Assembly (NCBI GenBank): GCA_964534975.1
Contig: CAZHSD010000005.1
Coordinates: 28,090-92,089, forward strand
DNA from: an uncultured Ottowia sp.
GTDB lineage: Bacteria > Pseudomonadota > Gammaproteobacteria > Burkholderiales > Burkholderiaceae_C
DNA length: 64,000 nucleotides
Direction of reading: 5' to 3'
Shown here: one piece after another, positions 43,140 through 52,274 of the stretch
How positions within the stretch are numbered: position 1 is the first letter of the stretch
Layout: the number at the start of each line of letters is the position of its first letter
Position numbers and translations under genes: made by a program
The notes under the pieces: generated by a model
Told to the model about the DNA's origin: nothing
The model's input: the letters and a program-made list of their open reading frames with translations, nothing else
The model's database searches: none

Positions 43140-44318
43140 TCATCTGGCGAATGGATCGGCGAAGCGCGGATCGGTCGCGATCGCCCCATCGGTCAGCGTG
43201 TGCAGGAACGCCAGCAGGTCGGCCTTGTCCCGGGCGTCGATGTCGATCTGGTCGATCAGCGGGTCCTTGAAGGGATTGGCGCGGCCATCGCCGGCGTAGG
43301 GGCCGTTGCCCATCTGGCGGCCGCCGTCGGCGTGGATGTCGAGCACCGCTTCCAGCGTGGCGACGCTGCCGTCGTGGAAGTAGGGCGCGGTCAGCGCCAC
43401 GTTGCGCAGGCCGGGGGCGCGAAAGCGCCCCATGTCCTCGGCGCGTGCGCTGAACTCGAACAGGCCGCGGTTGGGCGCCGGATAGGCGCCCTGGCCATCG
43501 AGGTTGTAGAGACCGAGGTTGTGGAACGCGGGCGCGCCGCTGCTGCCGTTCAGGCTGGCGAACTGGCCGCTGAAGTTGGGGCCACCATGGCAGGCGGCGC
43601 AGCGCGCACGCTCGCCGAAGAACAGCTGCTGGCCGCGCTGCTCGGCCGGCGTCAGCGCGATCTGGCCAGCCTGCGCCTGGTCGTAGCGGCTGCCGGCGGC
43701 GATCAGCGTGCGCTCGAAGGTGGCGATCGCCTTGATGATGTTGTCCCAGTGGATCGGCGCCGCTTCACCCTGGAAGGCGGCGGCAAAGCGCGCCGGGTAG
43801 CCGGCGTCGCGCCGCAGGCGATCGAGCACCTGTTCGCGGTTGCCGTCGTTGACGCCCATCTCCACCGGCTGGGTGCCGAACAGCGGCGCCTGCATCTGCT
43901 GCTCGAGCGTGCGCTGGCTCGGGTTGGCCCAGTCCAGCGTCAGTTGGTAGGCGACGTTGATCAGGCCCGGCGAGTTGCGCGGGTGGCTCTGGCCGGTGGA
44001 GCCGCGCGCCACCGAGCGGCTGTCGGCAAAGGCGCGCTCCGGCGCATGGCAGCTGGCGCACGATTGCGTGCCGTTGCCCGACAGGCGCACGTCGTGGAAC
44101 AGGTGCCGGCCGAGTTCGACCTTGGCCGCGTTCATCGGATTGTCGGCCGGCACCACGGGCGCTGCGAAGCCCGCCGGCAGGCTCCATTGCCATGGCGCCG
44201 GCGGCGCGCCAGGGGGTGCTTCGGCGGCGACGGAATCATCGCCGCCGCCGCAGGCGCTCAGGCCGACGACGGCCAGCAGGGCGGCGATCAGGGTGGGCAG
44301 TGGTCGGATACGGGGCAT
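43140..44318 (-). CDS. MbnH/MauG-like di-heme cytochrome c lipoprotein
   Basis: LSAC lipobox, PADNPM..AKVELGRHLF, CASCH, WANP, CAACH, FRAPGLRNVALTAPYFHDGS, GDGRANP. Confidence 0.9.
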   Translation of the reverse strand: MPRIRPLPTLIAALLAVVGLSACGGGDDSVAAEAPPGAPPAPWQWSLPAGFAAPVVPADNPMNAAKVELGRHLFHDVRLSGNGTQSCASCHAPERAFADSRSVARGSTGQSHPRNSPGLINVAYQLTLDWANPSQRTLEQQMQAPLFGTQPVEMGVNDGNREQVLDRLRRDAGYPARFAAAFQGEAAPIHWDNIIKAIATFERTLIAAGSRYDQAQAGQIALTPAEQRGQQLFFGERARCAACHGGPNFSGQFASLNGSSGAPAFHNLGLYNLDGQGAYPAPNRGLFEFSARAEDMGRFRAPGLRNVALTAPYFHDGSVATLEAVLDIHADGGRQMGNGPYAGDGRANPFKDPLIDQIDIDARDKADLLAFLHTLTDGAIATDPRFADPFAR

Positions 44319-44350
44319 CGGAGATCCTTGTCGCAAGCCGGTCGATGTAG

Positions 44351-44373
44351 CGCTATTCAATTATAGAATAGCG
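44351..44373. promoter_or_regulatory. Second ModE-type box between the divergent lipoprotein genes
   Basis: Perfect CGCTATTC-AATTATA-GAATAGCG; contains TATAAT (minus, 44360-44365) and TAGAAT (plus, 44364-44369). Confidence 0.88.
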
Positions 44374-44410
44374 ATTCTCTCATCACCACGACACCGAAAG
44401 CGAGCAAGAC

Positions 44411-45376
44411 ATGAGCACTGCATCCATTCCCCTGAACCCGCGCCGCGGACTGTGGGCGCACGCCCGGCGCGCGCTGCTGGTGGGCGCGTCGGCGGCCCTG
44501 CTGGCGCTGGGCGCCTGCGGTGGCGGCGGCGATGACGTCGATCGCGGTCCGACGACGATTCCGGTCGCGGCCAAGCTCAACGGCCTGTTCTGGGATGCCC
44601 AGGAGTCGCGGCTGTATCTGACCGATGACGATGCCAACGCCGTCAAGAGCTGGGACGGCGGCGAGAAGTTCTCCACCGCGTTCGAGCTGCCAAAAATGGA
44701 GGAAGGCCAGCGCCCGACGCTGGGCCAGCTCACGCGCGGGCCGGGCGGGCACCTGTACATCACGCGCTTCGGTTTCGGCAGCTACGGCACGGTGCTGGTG
44801 GCGCCGAAAGCGGGGGCGGCCTACCGGCTCGACACGCTGGATCCGACGCGCCGGCGCATCAGCCTGATCGCCGCGCCCGATGGCGCGCTGCTCGACGGCT
44901 GGTTCCGCGGCGGCACGGCGGGTGCCAGCAGCGGCAACATCAGCGAGGTGGCCATCCAGGGCGGCCAGGCCAGCGAGCGCGAGCTGGTCACCGGCCTGAA
45001 CAAGCCGGTGGGGCTGGCGGTGGTCGGGGACAAGCTGTTCGTGGCGGACCAGGGCGCCGCGGAACTGCGCGTGCATTCGCTGGCGGTGGTGCGCCGGCAG
45101 CCCGCCGCTGCTGCCGATGGGCAGTTGCTGGCCGCCTTCACGCCGGCCGACGGGCTGGACCTGATGACGGCAAGCCAGGATGGGACCCTGTACGTCGCCA
45201 GCAGCCGCGGTGCGATCTATCGGATCGGCGCTGACGCCAAGGTCGCGACGCTGGTGAGCGGCTGGCCCGGCATCCGCGGTCTGGCGCTGGACGCCGACAA
45301 CCGCCGCCTGTTCGCGGCCGTGACCGCCGTCGATGACGAGAGCCCGTCCACCATCCGCATCGTGCCGCTGGATTAG
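44411..45376 (+). CDS. Uncharacterised beta-propeller (NHL/SMP-30-like) lipoprotein
   Basis: LGAC-GGGGDD lipobox; blade-like repeats NGLFWD..LYLTD, PVGLAVVGDKLFVAD, RGLALDADNRRLF. Confidence 0.8.
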   Translation: MSTASIPLNPRRGLWAHARRALLVGASAALLALGACGGGGDDVDRGPTTIPVAAKLNGLFWDAQESRLYLTDDDANAVKSWDGGEKFSTAFELPKMEEGQRPTLGQLTRGPGGHLYITRFGFGSYGTVLVAPKAGAAYRLDTLDPTRRRISLIAAPDGALLDGWFRGGTAGASSGNISEVAIQGGQASERELVTGLNKPVGLAVVGDKLFVADQGAAELRVHSLAVVRRQPAAAADGQLLAAFTPADGLDLMTASQDGTLYVASSRGAIYRIGADAKVATLVSGWPGIRGLALDADNRRLFAAVTAVDDESPSTIRIVPLD

Positions 45377-45481
45377 GGCGTGTTCGCAGCTCCAACAATC
45401 GCGTTAACATGCCCTAAGCCGGCGGTCGCGCCGCAGATCGACCAGGCCATCCATGCGTTCGTCAACGGCACAATGCATGAC

Positions 45482-46240
45482 ATGGCCCAGCGACTTCTCT
45501 CCACCCGATCCCTGGGCTATGCCCAGGCCGACAAGCGCATCGACATCCTGAAGCAGGTGGCGCGCCATGGCTCGATCTCCGAGGCGGCGCGCTCGGCCGG
45601 CGTCAGCTACAAGGCGGCCTGGCAGGCGATCCACACGCTGACCAACCTGGCGGGCGAGCCGCTGGTCGACAGCAGCGTGGGTGGCGCCGGCGGCGGCGGC
45701 GCCCAGATCACCGCCGCCGGCGAACGCCTGCTGCACGCCGCCGAACTGATGGACCAGGCCCGGCGCCGGGTGCTGGCGCGCCTGAATGCGCCGGGTGGTG
45801 CGGCGGCCAGCGCGCTGGGCGCGCCGCGCACCAGCATGCGCAACCACCTGCGCTGCACGGTGGCCGAGCTGCTGAGCGAGGACGCGCGCGATCCGATGGT
45901 GCGCGTGGTGCTGGCGCTCGACGGCGGCGGCCGGCTGACTTCGCTGATCACGCGCGAGAGCGCCGAGCTGCTGGCGCTGGAACCCGGCCTGACGGTGCTG
46001 GCGCTGGCCAAGGCGACCGCGGTGCAGGTGGAGGCGGGCGCGGCCGGCGATGCCGAAGACAACCATCTGCCGGGGCGCGTGCTGCGCCTCTCGCGCGGCG
46101 TGCAACGCGACGAGGTCACGCTGACGCTGGCCGGCGATCAGCAGCTGGTGGGTTTTGCCGCGCGGCCCAATCGCCTGCGCGGCGGCAGCCGCGTGCGGGC
46201 GCGGCTGGACGAGAGCGCGGTGGTGATCGCGCTGGGTTGA
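45482..46240 (+). CDS. modE: Molybdate-responsive regulator ModE (HTH + TOBE)
   Basis: GSISEAARSAGVSYKAAW, GGAGGGGA, RTSMRN, ITRESAELL, AKATAV; start may be 45473. Confidence 0.9.
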   Translation: MAQRLLSTRSLGYAQADKRIDILKQVARHGSISEAARSAGVSYKAAWQAIHTLTNLAGEPLVDSSVGGAGGGGAQITAAGERLLHAAELMDQARRRVLARLNAPGGAAASALGAPRTSMRNHLRCTVAELLSEDARDPMVRVVLALDGGGRLTSLITRESAELLALEPGLTVLALAKATAVQVEAGAAGDAEDNHLPGRVLRLSRGVQRDEVTLTLAGDQQLVGFAARPNRLRGGSRVRARLDESAVVIALG

Positions 46241-46289
46241 GGCTCAGTCAGGTTTGGCCATCGATTTTTCTGATCAAGAAGGATTCCAC

Positions 46290-46718
46290 ATGAAAACCAG
46301 TGCACGCAACCATTTCGAAGGCACCGTGACCCAGCTCAAGGCCGGCGCGGTGAACGACGAGGTCGAGATCGGCACCGCCGGCGGCGTGAAGATCGTCGCC
46401 ATCATCACCCATGAGAGCGCCAGCGGGCTGGCGCTGGCAACGGGCAAGCCGGCGTTTGCGCTTATCAAGGCCTCGTCGGTCATCGTCGTCGCCGACCAGG
46501 GCAGCGCGCGTTTTTCCACCCGCAACCGGCTGGTTGGCACGGTGGCGCGCGTGCAGCCCGGCGCCGTCAACACCGAGGTGGTGATCGACGTCGCTCCCGG
46601 CACCAGCGTGGCCGCCATCGTGACCAACGAGAGTGCCGAGCGGCTCGGCCTGGCCGCGGGCAAGCCGGCGACGGCGATCTTCAAGGCCTCCAGCGTGATT
46701 GTCGGTGTGCCGGGCTGA
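46290..46718 (+). CDS. Tandem TOBE/Mop molbindin (ModG-like)
   Basis: Two repeats S(A/T)RN...GAVN.EV...KASSVI. Confidence 0.93.
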   Translation: MKTSARNHFEGTVTQLKAGAVNDEVEIGTAGGVKIVAIITHESASGLALATGKPAFALIKASSVIVVADQGSARFSTRNRLVGTVARVQPGAVNTEVVIDVAPGTSVAAIVTNESAERLGLAAGKPATAIFKASSVIVGVPG

Positions 46719-46773
46719 GTGGCGGCGCGCGGCCGGCTCGGGGCGGTTTGCGGATCGCGCAGCGCCGGCCGGC

Positions 46774-47154
46774 TCAATGGGGCAGCAGGACGCGGGCCGA
46801 CTGGATGCCTGCCGCCGTCAGCGCCAGTGAACCCAGCAGGTGCAGCAGCACCGTGCCCAGCGCCTGCGGGTAGCGCGCCGCCATCAGCATCTCGACCACC
46901 TCGGCGCTGAAGGACGAGAAGGTGGTGAGCGCACCCAGCAAGCCGGTCACCAGCAGCAGCCGCCAGACCGGGTCGAGGCCGGGGTGCTGTTGGAAGTACG
47001 CCACGCACAGACCGACCAGGTAGCCGCCGATCAGGTTGGCCGCCAGCGTGCCCCAGGGCAGCCAGGCACCGGCATGGTTGAGCCACAGCCCGAGCCGCCA
47101 GCGCAGCAGCGCGCCGGCGCAGGCGCCGAGGCAGATGGCGATGACCGCGTGCAT
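46774..47154 (-). CDS. crcB: Fluoride channel CrcB/FluC
   Basis: GALLRW, PWGTLAANL, TGLLGALTTFSSF. Confidence 0.96.
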   Translation of the reverse strand: MHAVIAICLGACAGALLRWRLGLWLNHAGAWLPWGTLAANLIGGYLVGLCVAYFQQHPGLDPVWRLLLVTGLLGALTTFSSFSAEVVEMLMAARYPQALGTVLLHLLGSLALTAAGIQSARVLLPH

Positions 47155-47178
47155 CCGGCGCCTTCGTCAGTGGTCGCT

Positions 47179-48201
47179 TCAGAACGGCGGGCCGTCGTCG
47201 GCGTCCGCCGTGACCGGGGCCAGGCTCGGGGCCGGCGCCGGGGCGGCGGCCACCGTCTTGTTGGCCGCCGCCGGTGCCTGATCGCTGACGGCGGTGGCCT
47301 CGGCCTCGCCGCCGAGCGCCGCGATCAGGTCGCTGATCAGGGCGCTCAATTCGCCGGTGGCCAGGGCCACGTCGGCATCGAAGCGGTCGTCGTCCTTCGA
47401 CTTGGCGCCGTCATCGAACACGCCTTCCTGGAACGCGATCTTCTTCAGCTGCAGCGCCTGCGTCAGCACGAAGCCGACGCGACCCTGCCAGCCGAGCGCC
47501 AGCCGGGTCGGCAGCTTGCCCTCGGCGATGTGCTGGCGCACCTCCTCGGTCTGCAGGGGGTGGCGGGTGAACTTGATCACGGCCGGCTCCTCGCCGCTGC
47601 CCTTGAGCTCGCACTCGCGCTCAATGCTGAAGTCGTGGGGCAGCGCGTCGCCCTCCGGATCGGCCAGCCAGGCGGTCATGGCCGCCTGCGGCGACTGCGC
47701 GGTCTGCAGCAGGCCGATGCCGAAGCCCTTGCCCGCCACGCGCACCAGGCTGGTGATGAGCTCGTCGGCCTTGCCCTGCGCGCCGGCGTCCAGCACCAGC
47801 AGGCGCTGGCGCGGGTCCAGCCACACGGTGACCTGGCTGCGGCGCGGAAAGGCCTGCGGCAGCAGGGCGATCAGCGCATCGTCGCGCAAATCGCGCACTT
47901 CCTTCTTGCCAGGCTTGCGGCCGCTGGTCTGCTCGATGGCATCGACCGCCTCCTGCACCTTGCGGCGCACGGCATCGCCCGGCACCGGCTTGGTCTCGAT
48001 GACGAAGCGGGCGATCCACTGCCCGTCGACCACCTCGACCAGCGCGCCATGCGCCTCGCCGCGCGGCGGTACCCAGCCGGTGGACTTCTGTTGCGTGGCG
48101 CTGCACTCGACGAACGGCTCGCCGGCCAGCGCCTGTTCCCATTGCGCCGCGGACGCCGGCCACTCGGGCGCCACGCGGTACAGCATCAGATTCTTGAACA
48201 C
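47179..48201 (-). CDS. rdgC: Recombination-associated protein RdgC
   Basis: FKNLMLYR, GWVPPRG, LLPQAF, MTAWL, FDADVAL; GTG start. Confidence 0.95.
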   Translation of the reverse strand: MFKNLMLYRVAPEWPASAAQWEQALAGEPFVECSATQQKSTGWVPPRGEAHGALVEVVDGQWIARFVIETKPVPGDAVRRKVQEAVDAIEQTSGRKPGKKEVRDLRDDALIALLPQAFPRRSQVTVWLDPRQRLLVLDAGAQGKADELITSLVRVAGKGFGIGLLQTAQSPQAAMTAWLADPEGDALPHDFSIERECELKGSGEEPAVIKFTRHPLQTEEVRQHIAEGKLPTRLALGWQGRVGFVLTQALQLKKIAFQEGVFDDGAKSKDDDRFDADVALATGELSALISDLIAALGGEAEATAVSDQAPAAANKTVAAAPAPAPSLAPVTADADDGPPF

Positions 48202-48437
48202 GAAAAACTCAACCTGTCATGAACGGCTCCAGCGGAGCCGGGACCGGCATCTTAGCCAGACATCAGTGACGGGATTCCACGGCCCGTATTTCTGAACGCG
48301 GAGGACACGGAAGTGACGCAGAAAACGCCGAAGGATTCCATGGGGTTCATCGCATCGTTGTGTACGCTGAAGGACCGGATCAAACGGATCTACAGCGCCC
48401 CTTGCGTTCGGCTATTCACCTTCTCAACCCCGCACGG

Positions 48438-49733
48438 TCACATGTGATCCGGCAGCCAGGTCGCGATCTGCGGGAAGAACCACAGCAGCAACACCATGAT
48501 GCACATCAGGAAGAAGAACGGCATGGTCACGCGCGCGATGTAGCCGATGTCCTTCCTGGTCATGCCCTGCAGCACGAACAGGTTGAAGCCCACCGGCGGC
48601 GTGATCTGCGCCATCTCGACCACGATGACGACGAAGACGCCGAACCAGATCAGGTCGAACCCGGCCGCGTTGACCGTCGGCAGCAGCACGCCCATGGTCA
48701 GCACCACCATCGAGATGCCATCCAGAAAGCAGCCCAGCAGGACGTAGAACGCGGCCAGCGCCAGCATCAGCATGAAGGGCGTCAGGCCCAGGCCGCTGAT
48801 CCATTCGGCGAGGTGGCGCGGCAGGCCGATGTAGCCCATCGACAGCGTCAGGAAGGCGGCGCCGGCCAGGATCAGCGCGATCATGCAGTACAGCCGCGTG
48901 GCGCCCATCAGCGATTGCGAGAAGGTCTGCCAGTTCAGGCTGCCCTGCAGCGCCGACAGCAGCAGCGCGCCGACCACGCCGACCGCGGCGGCCTCGGTGG
49001 CGGTGGCGATGCCGGCGTAGATCGATCCCAGCACCGCCGCGATCAGCAGCACCACCGGGATCAGGTGGCGCGATTCGTGCAGCTTCTGGCGCAGGGAAAA
49101 GCGCATGTCGGGCCGCGGCACCTGGTCGGGGTGCAGCAGCGCCCAGACCATCAGATAAGCCGAGAACAGCCCGCCCAGCAGCATGCCCGGGACGACGCCG
49201 GCGATGAACAGCTTGGCGATCGAGACGTCGGCGGCGACGCCGTAGACGATCATGATGATCGAGGGCGGGATCAAGAGGCCCAGCGTGCCGGCGCCGGCCA
49301 GCGAGCCGATGGTGATGCTGTCGGGGTAGCCGCGCTGGCCGAGCTCCGGCAGCGACATGCGGCCGATGGTGGCGCAGGTGGCGGCCGACGATCCCGATAC
49401 GGCGGCGAAGATGGCGCAGCCGATCACGTTGGTGTGCAGCAGGCGCCCCGGCAGCCAGGTGACCCAGGGCGCCAGGCCACGGAACATGCTCTCGGACAGG
49501 CGGGTGCGAAACAGGATCTCGCCCATCCACACGAACAGCGGCAGGGCGGTCAGCGTCCAGCTCGAGGCCGAGCCCCAGATCGTCACCGCCATTGCGTCGC
49601 CGGCGGGGCGGGCCGAGAACAGCTGCATGCCGATCCAGGCCACGCCGGTCAGCGTGAGGCCAATCCAGACGCCGCTGCCCAGCAGCGCGAACAGCGCCAG
49701 GATCAGCAGCGCGGTGATGCCGAAGTCACTCAT
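48438..49733 (-). CDS. TRAP large permease
   Basis: ALPLFVWMGE, GTLGLLIPPS, TATEAAA, QITPPVGFNL. Confidence 0.95.
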   Translation of the reverse strand: MSDFGITALLILALFALLGSGVWIGLTLTGVAWIGMQLFSARPAGDAMAVTIWGSASSWTLTALPLFVWMGEILFRTRLSESMFRGLAPWVTWLPGRLLHTNVIGCAIFAAVSGSSAATCATIGRMSLPELGQRGYPDSITIGSLAGAGTLGLLIPPSIIMIVYGVAADVSIAKLFIAGVVPGMLLGGLFSAYLMVWALLHPDQVPRPDMRFSLRQKLHESRHLIPVVLLIAAVLGSIYAGIATATEAAAVGVVGALLLSALQGSLNWQTFSQSLMGATRLYCMIALILAGAAFLTLSMGYIGLPRHLAEWISGLGLTPFMLMLALAAFYVLLGCFLDGISMVVLTMGVLLPTVNAAGFDLIWFGVFVVIVVEMAQITPPVGFNLFVLQGMTRKDIGYIARVTMPFFFLMCIMVLLLWFFPQIATWLPDHM

Positions 49734-50238
49734 TGTGCAGGGCCTCGTCGCCGTCCTCGTCGCGGCGGCGCCGGCCGACGATCTCCAGCCACCATTCGTC
49801 GACGAAGGCGACGAACAGCAGCACGGTGCCGACCGCCATGCCGATCTGCGGGATCCACAGCGGCGTGGCGTCGTTGGCGGTCGAGACGTCGTTGAACAGC
49901 TGCGACTGCCACACCAGACGGCAGGAGTAGAAGGCGAACAGGCCGGCCAGCAGGGTGGCCACGGCCAGCGACCACAGCTCGAACCCGCGCCTCGTGCGGC
50001 CGGCAAGACGGCCGATCAGCAGCGTCACGCGGATGTGCTCACGTTTCTTCAGCGTGTGCGCCAGCGCCAGAAAGCCGGCCGCCGCCATGCTGTAGCCGGC
50101 GTAGGCGTCGGTGCCCGGCAGGTGGAAGTTCAGCAGGCGCCCCAGGATCGAGGTCAGCACCATCGCCAGCACGCCGATCATGGCCAGCGCCGCCAGCCAG
50201 GCGGCGGCGTCGTAGAGAAGGTCGAGGAATCGGCGCAT
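49726..50238 (-). CDS. TRAP small permease
   Basis: DAYAGY, EHIRVTL, TPLWIPQ. Confidence 0.92.
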   Translation of the reverse strand: MRRFLDLLYDAAAWLAALAMIGVLAMVLTSILGRLLNFHLPGTDAYAGYSMAAAGFLALAHTLKKREHIRVTLLIGRLAGRTRRGFELWSLAVATLLAGLFAFYSCRLVWQSQLFNDVSTANDATPLWIPQIGMAVGTVLLFVAFVDEWWLEIVGRRRRDEDGDEALHNE

Positions 50239-50254
50239 GCTTGGTCGATGCCGA

Positions 50255-50402
50255 ATGAAAAATGACCGCGCCCTGGCGGGCGCATGACCTCGGCCTGCAG
50301 CCATCGATGACGGCGCTCATGGCGCCATGAATTCAATCATGCGCCGAAGGCGCGGTCATGGATGCGAAGCGGGGTCATGCGCGCGCCCGCGCGCGGTCAT
50401 GC
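50255..50402. repeat. ATGAC/GTCAT-anchored hairpin array (REP/BIME-like)
   Basis: ATGA(C) at 50262, 50284, 50307, 50327; (G)TCAT at 50337, 50355, 50374, 50396; GC hairpins between. Confidence 0.75.
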
Positions 50403-50407
50403 GGACC

Positions 50408-51388
50408 TCACTTGGCCCGATAAGCGTCGATCACCGCCTTGCCCTCGGGACCGGCCTTGTCCAGCCATTCCTTCAGCATGGTCTCGCCGACCTTTTCCAT
50501 GTCGGCCTTGAGCTGTGCCGAGGGCGCGTACACGGTCATGCCGTTCTTCTTCAGCAGATCGAGGTACTCGGTGTTCTTGCGTTCGCTGCTGGCCCAGCCG
50601 CGCGCCTCGGCGTCGGCGGCGGCTTTCAGCAGCGCGTCCTGGGTCGCCTTGTCCAGGGCGTCGAAGGCCTTCTGGTTGGCGACCACGACGTTCTTGGGCA
50701 GCCAGGCCTGGGTGTCGGCGAAGAATTTCAGGTGCTCGAAGCTCTTGGTGTCGTAGCCGGTCGAGCTCGAGGTCATGAACGCTTCGACCACGCCGGTGGC
50801 CATGGCCTGCGACAGCTCGGCCTGCTGGATCGTCACCGGCTGCGCGCCCACCAGTTCGCCGATGCGCGCGGTGGCCGGGCTGTAGGCGCGCCACTTGATG
50901 CCCTTCAGGTCGGCGGCGGCGTTGACCTGCTGCTTGCTGTAGATGCCCTGTGGCTGCCAGGCCACCGCGTACAGCAGCAGCATGCCCTGCTCGGCCAGCT
51001 TTTTCTGCACCACTGCCTTGCTGGCCTGGTACAGCTTGAACGAGTCGGCGTAGCTGGTGGCCAGGAAGGGGATGCCGTCCAGGCCCCACAGCGGCCATTC
51101 GTTCTGGAAGTTCCCCATCAGGAACTCGCCGGCCTGCGCCTGCCCGCCTTGCACGGCGCGCTTGATCTCGGGCGCCTTGAACAGCGAAGCGTTGTCATGG
51201 ATCTGGATCTTCAGCTTGCCGCCGGTGGCGGCGTCCACGTCCTTGGCGAACTGCACCAGGTTTTCGGTGTGGAAGTTGCTGGCCGAGTAGGCGCCGGGCA
51301 GGTCCCATTTGGTTTGTGCGCCGGCCGCGGTCGCCAGGCCGGTGAAGCACAGGCCCACCAACAGGTTCACAGTGCGTCGGTTCATCAT
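50408..51388 (-). CDS. TRAP substrate-binding protein (candidate pyroglutamate binder)
   Basis: KWDLPGAY..NFHT, EIKRAVQGG, AWLPKN; adjacent to 5-oxoprolinase. Confidence 0.9.
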   Translation of the reverse strand: MMNRRTVNLLVGLCFTGLATAAGAQTKWDLPGAYSASNFHTENLVQFAKDVDAATGGKLKIQIHDNASLFKAPEIKRAVQGGQAQAGEFLMGNFQNEWPLWGLDGIPFLATSYADSFKLYQASKAVVQKKLAEQGMLLLYAVAWQPQGIYSKQQVNAAADLKGIKWRAYSPATARIGELVGAQPVTIQQAELSQAMATGVVEAFMTSSSTGYDTKSFEHLKFFADTQAWLPKNVVVANQKAFDALDKATQDALLKAAADAEARGWASSERKNTEYLDLLKKNGMTVYAPSAQLKADMEKVGETMLKEWLDKAGPEGKAVIDAYRAK

Positions 51389-51586
51389 GGTGCAGACTCC
51401 TTGAGGAAAAACAAACGGTGATCGGAGCATAGGCGCTGGTGACAGTTCGGCCGAGGGTGAAAACCAGTACCGACATCGCCACGCACGGCCCGGTCCGGGC
51501 GTTGATCACGCTTGAAGTCTAAAAACGCTTCCGATAAAGTGTCAACAAATTCTCTACAAATTACCTTTTAATTCGGGAATACCCTG

Positions 51587-52120
51587 ATGGGCACCAAGTC
51601 CGCCGGCCAAGCCGGCAAGACGGCCGGCACCGGCATCGTTTCGTCCTCGCACCTGGTGTCGCCGCGCAGCGTGGAGGCGTCGGAATTCGAGTTCGGCATG
51701 ATCGTGGCCTGGAATGCCTTCAGCCGCTGGATGATGCGCTGCATGGCCGCCGCCGGCGTGCCGGACCTGACTGTGACCGACGTGCTGGTGCTGCACCACG
51801 TCAACCACCGCGCGCGCCACAAGAAGCTGGGCGACATCTGCTTCGTGCTCAACTACGAGGACACGCACGTGGTGGCCTACGCGCTGAAGAAGCTGGTGGC
51901 CGCCGGCCTGCTGTGCACCGACAAGCAGGGCAAGGACGTGTTCTACCTGCCGACCGCCGAGGGCGAGGCCGCGGTGCAGCGCTACCGCGAAGTGCGCGAA
52001 GCCTGCCTGATCGACAGCCTGGATGCGCAGCTGAACCCGAATCTGGGCGAGCTCGCGCGCCTGCTGCGCACCATGTCCGGCCTGTATGACCAGGCGGCGC
52101 GCGCGGCGACGTCGCTCTAA
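51587..52120 (+). CDS. MarR-like winged-helix regulator
   Basis: SEFEFG, FSRW..RC, DICFVLNYEDTHVV.YALKKL, LSGLYDQAAR-like end. Confidence 0.88.
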   Translation: MGTKSAGQAGKTAGTGIVSSSHLVSPRSVEASEFEFGMIVAWNAFSRWMMRCMAAAGVPDLTVTDVLVLHHVNHRARHKKLGDICFVLNYEDTHVVAYALKKLVAAGLLCTDKQGKDVFYLPTAEGEAAVQRYREVREACLIDSLDAQLNPNLGELARLLRTMSGLYDQAARAATSL

Positions 52121-52257
52121 TGACGAAATGACCTCGGCTTCGCCATCGATGACGACGCTGCGCGCCATGACTCTTCGTAGATACCGTGCGCCTCGACCGG
52201 CAGCCAGTCATTTCGTCATCGAAGCGAAGCGAGGTCATGCGCCGTCAGGCGCGTCAT
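52120..52257. repeat. ATGAC/GTCAT-anchored hairpin array, second copy
   Basis: ATGAC at 52120, 52128, 52149, 52167; GTCAT at 52207, 52215, 52234, 52253; shares ATGACCTCGGC..GCCATCGATGACG and GCGAAGCG.GGTCATGCGC with the 50.3 kb copy. Confidence 0.8.
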
Positions 52258-52274
52258 AGTTCGTTCACAAGACC

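Noticed and set aside
47155..47178. Fluoride riboswitch before crcB
   Set aside because: Only 24 nt separate rdgC and crcB
48202..48437. Small ORF or ModE half-site (GCTATTCA, ~48411) upstream of rdgC
   Set aside because: Only a half-site; the ~35-codon ORF has atypical codons and no other support
50255..52257. ATGAC arrays as a CRISPR array
   Set aside because: Constant part is only ~5 nt, orientation flips mid-array, spacers are hairpins, and there are no cas genes
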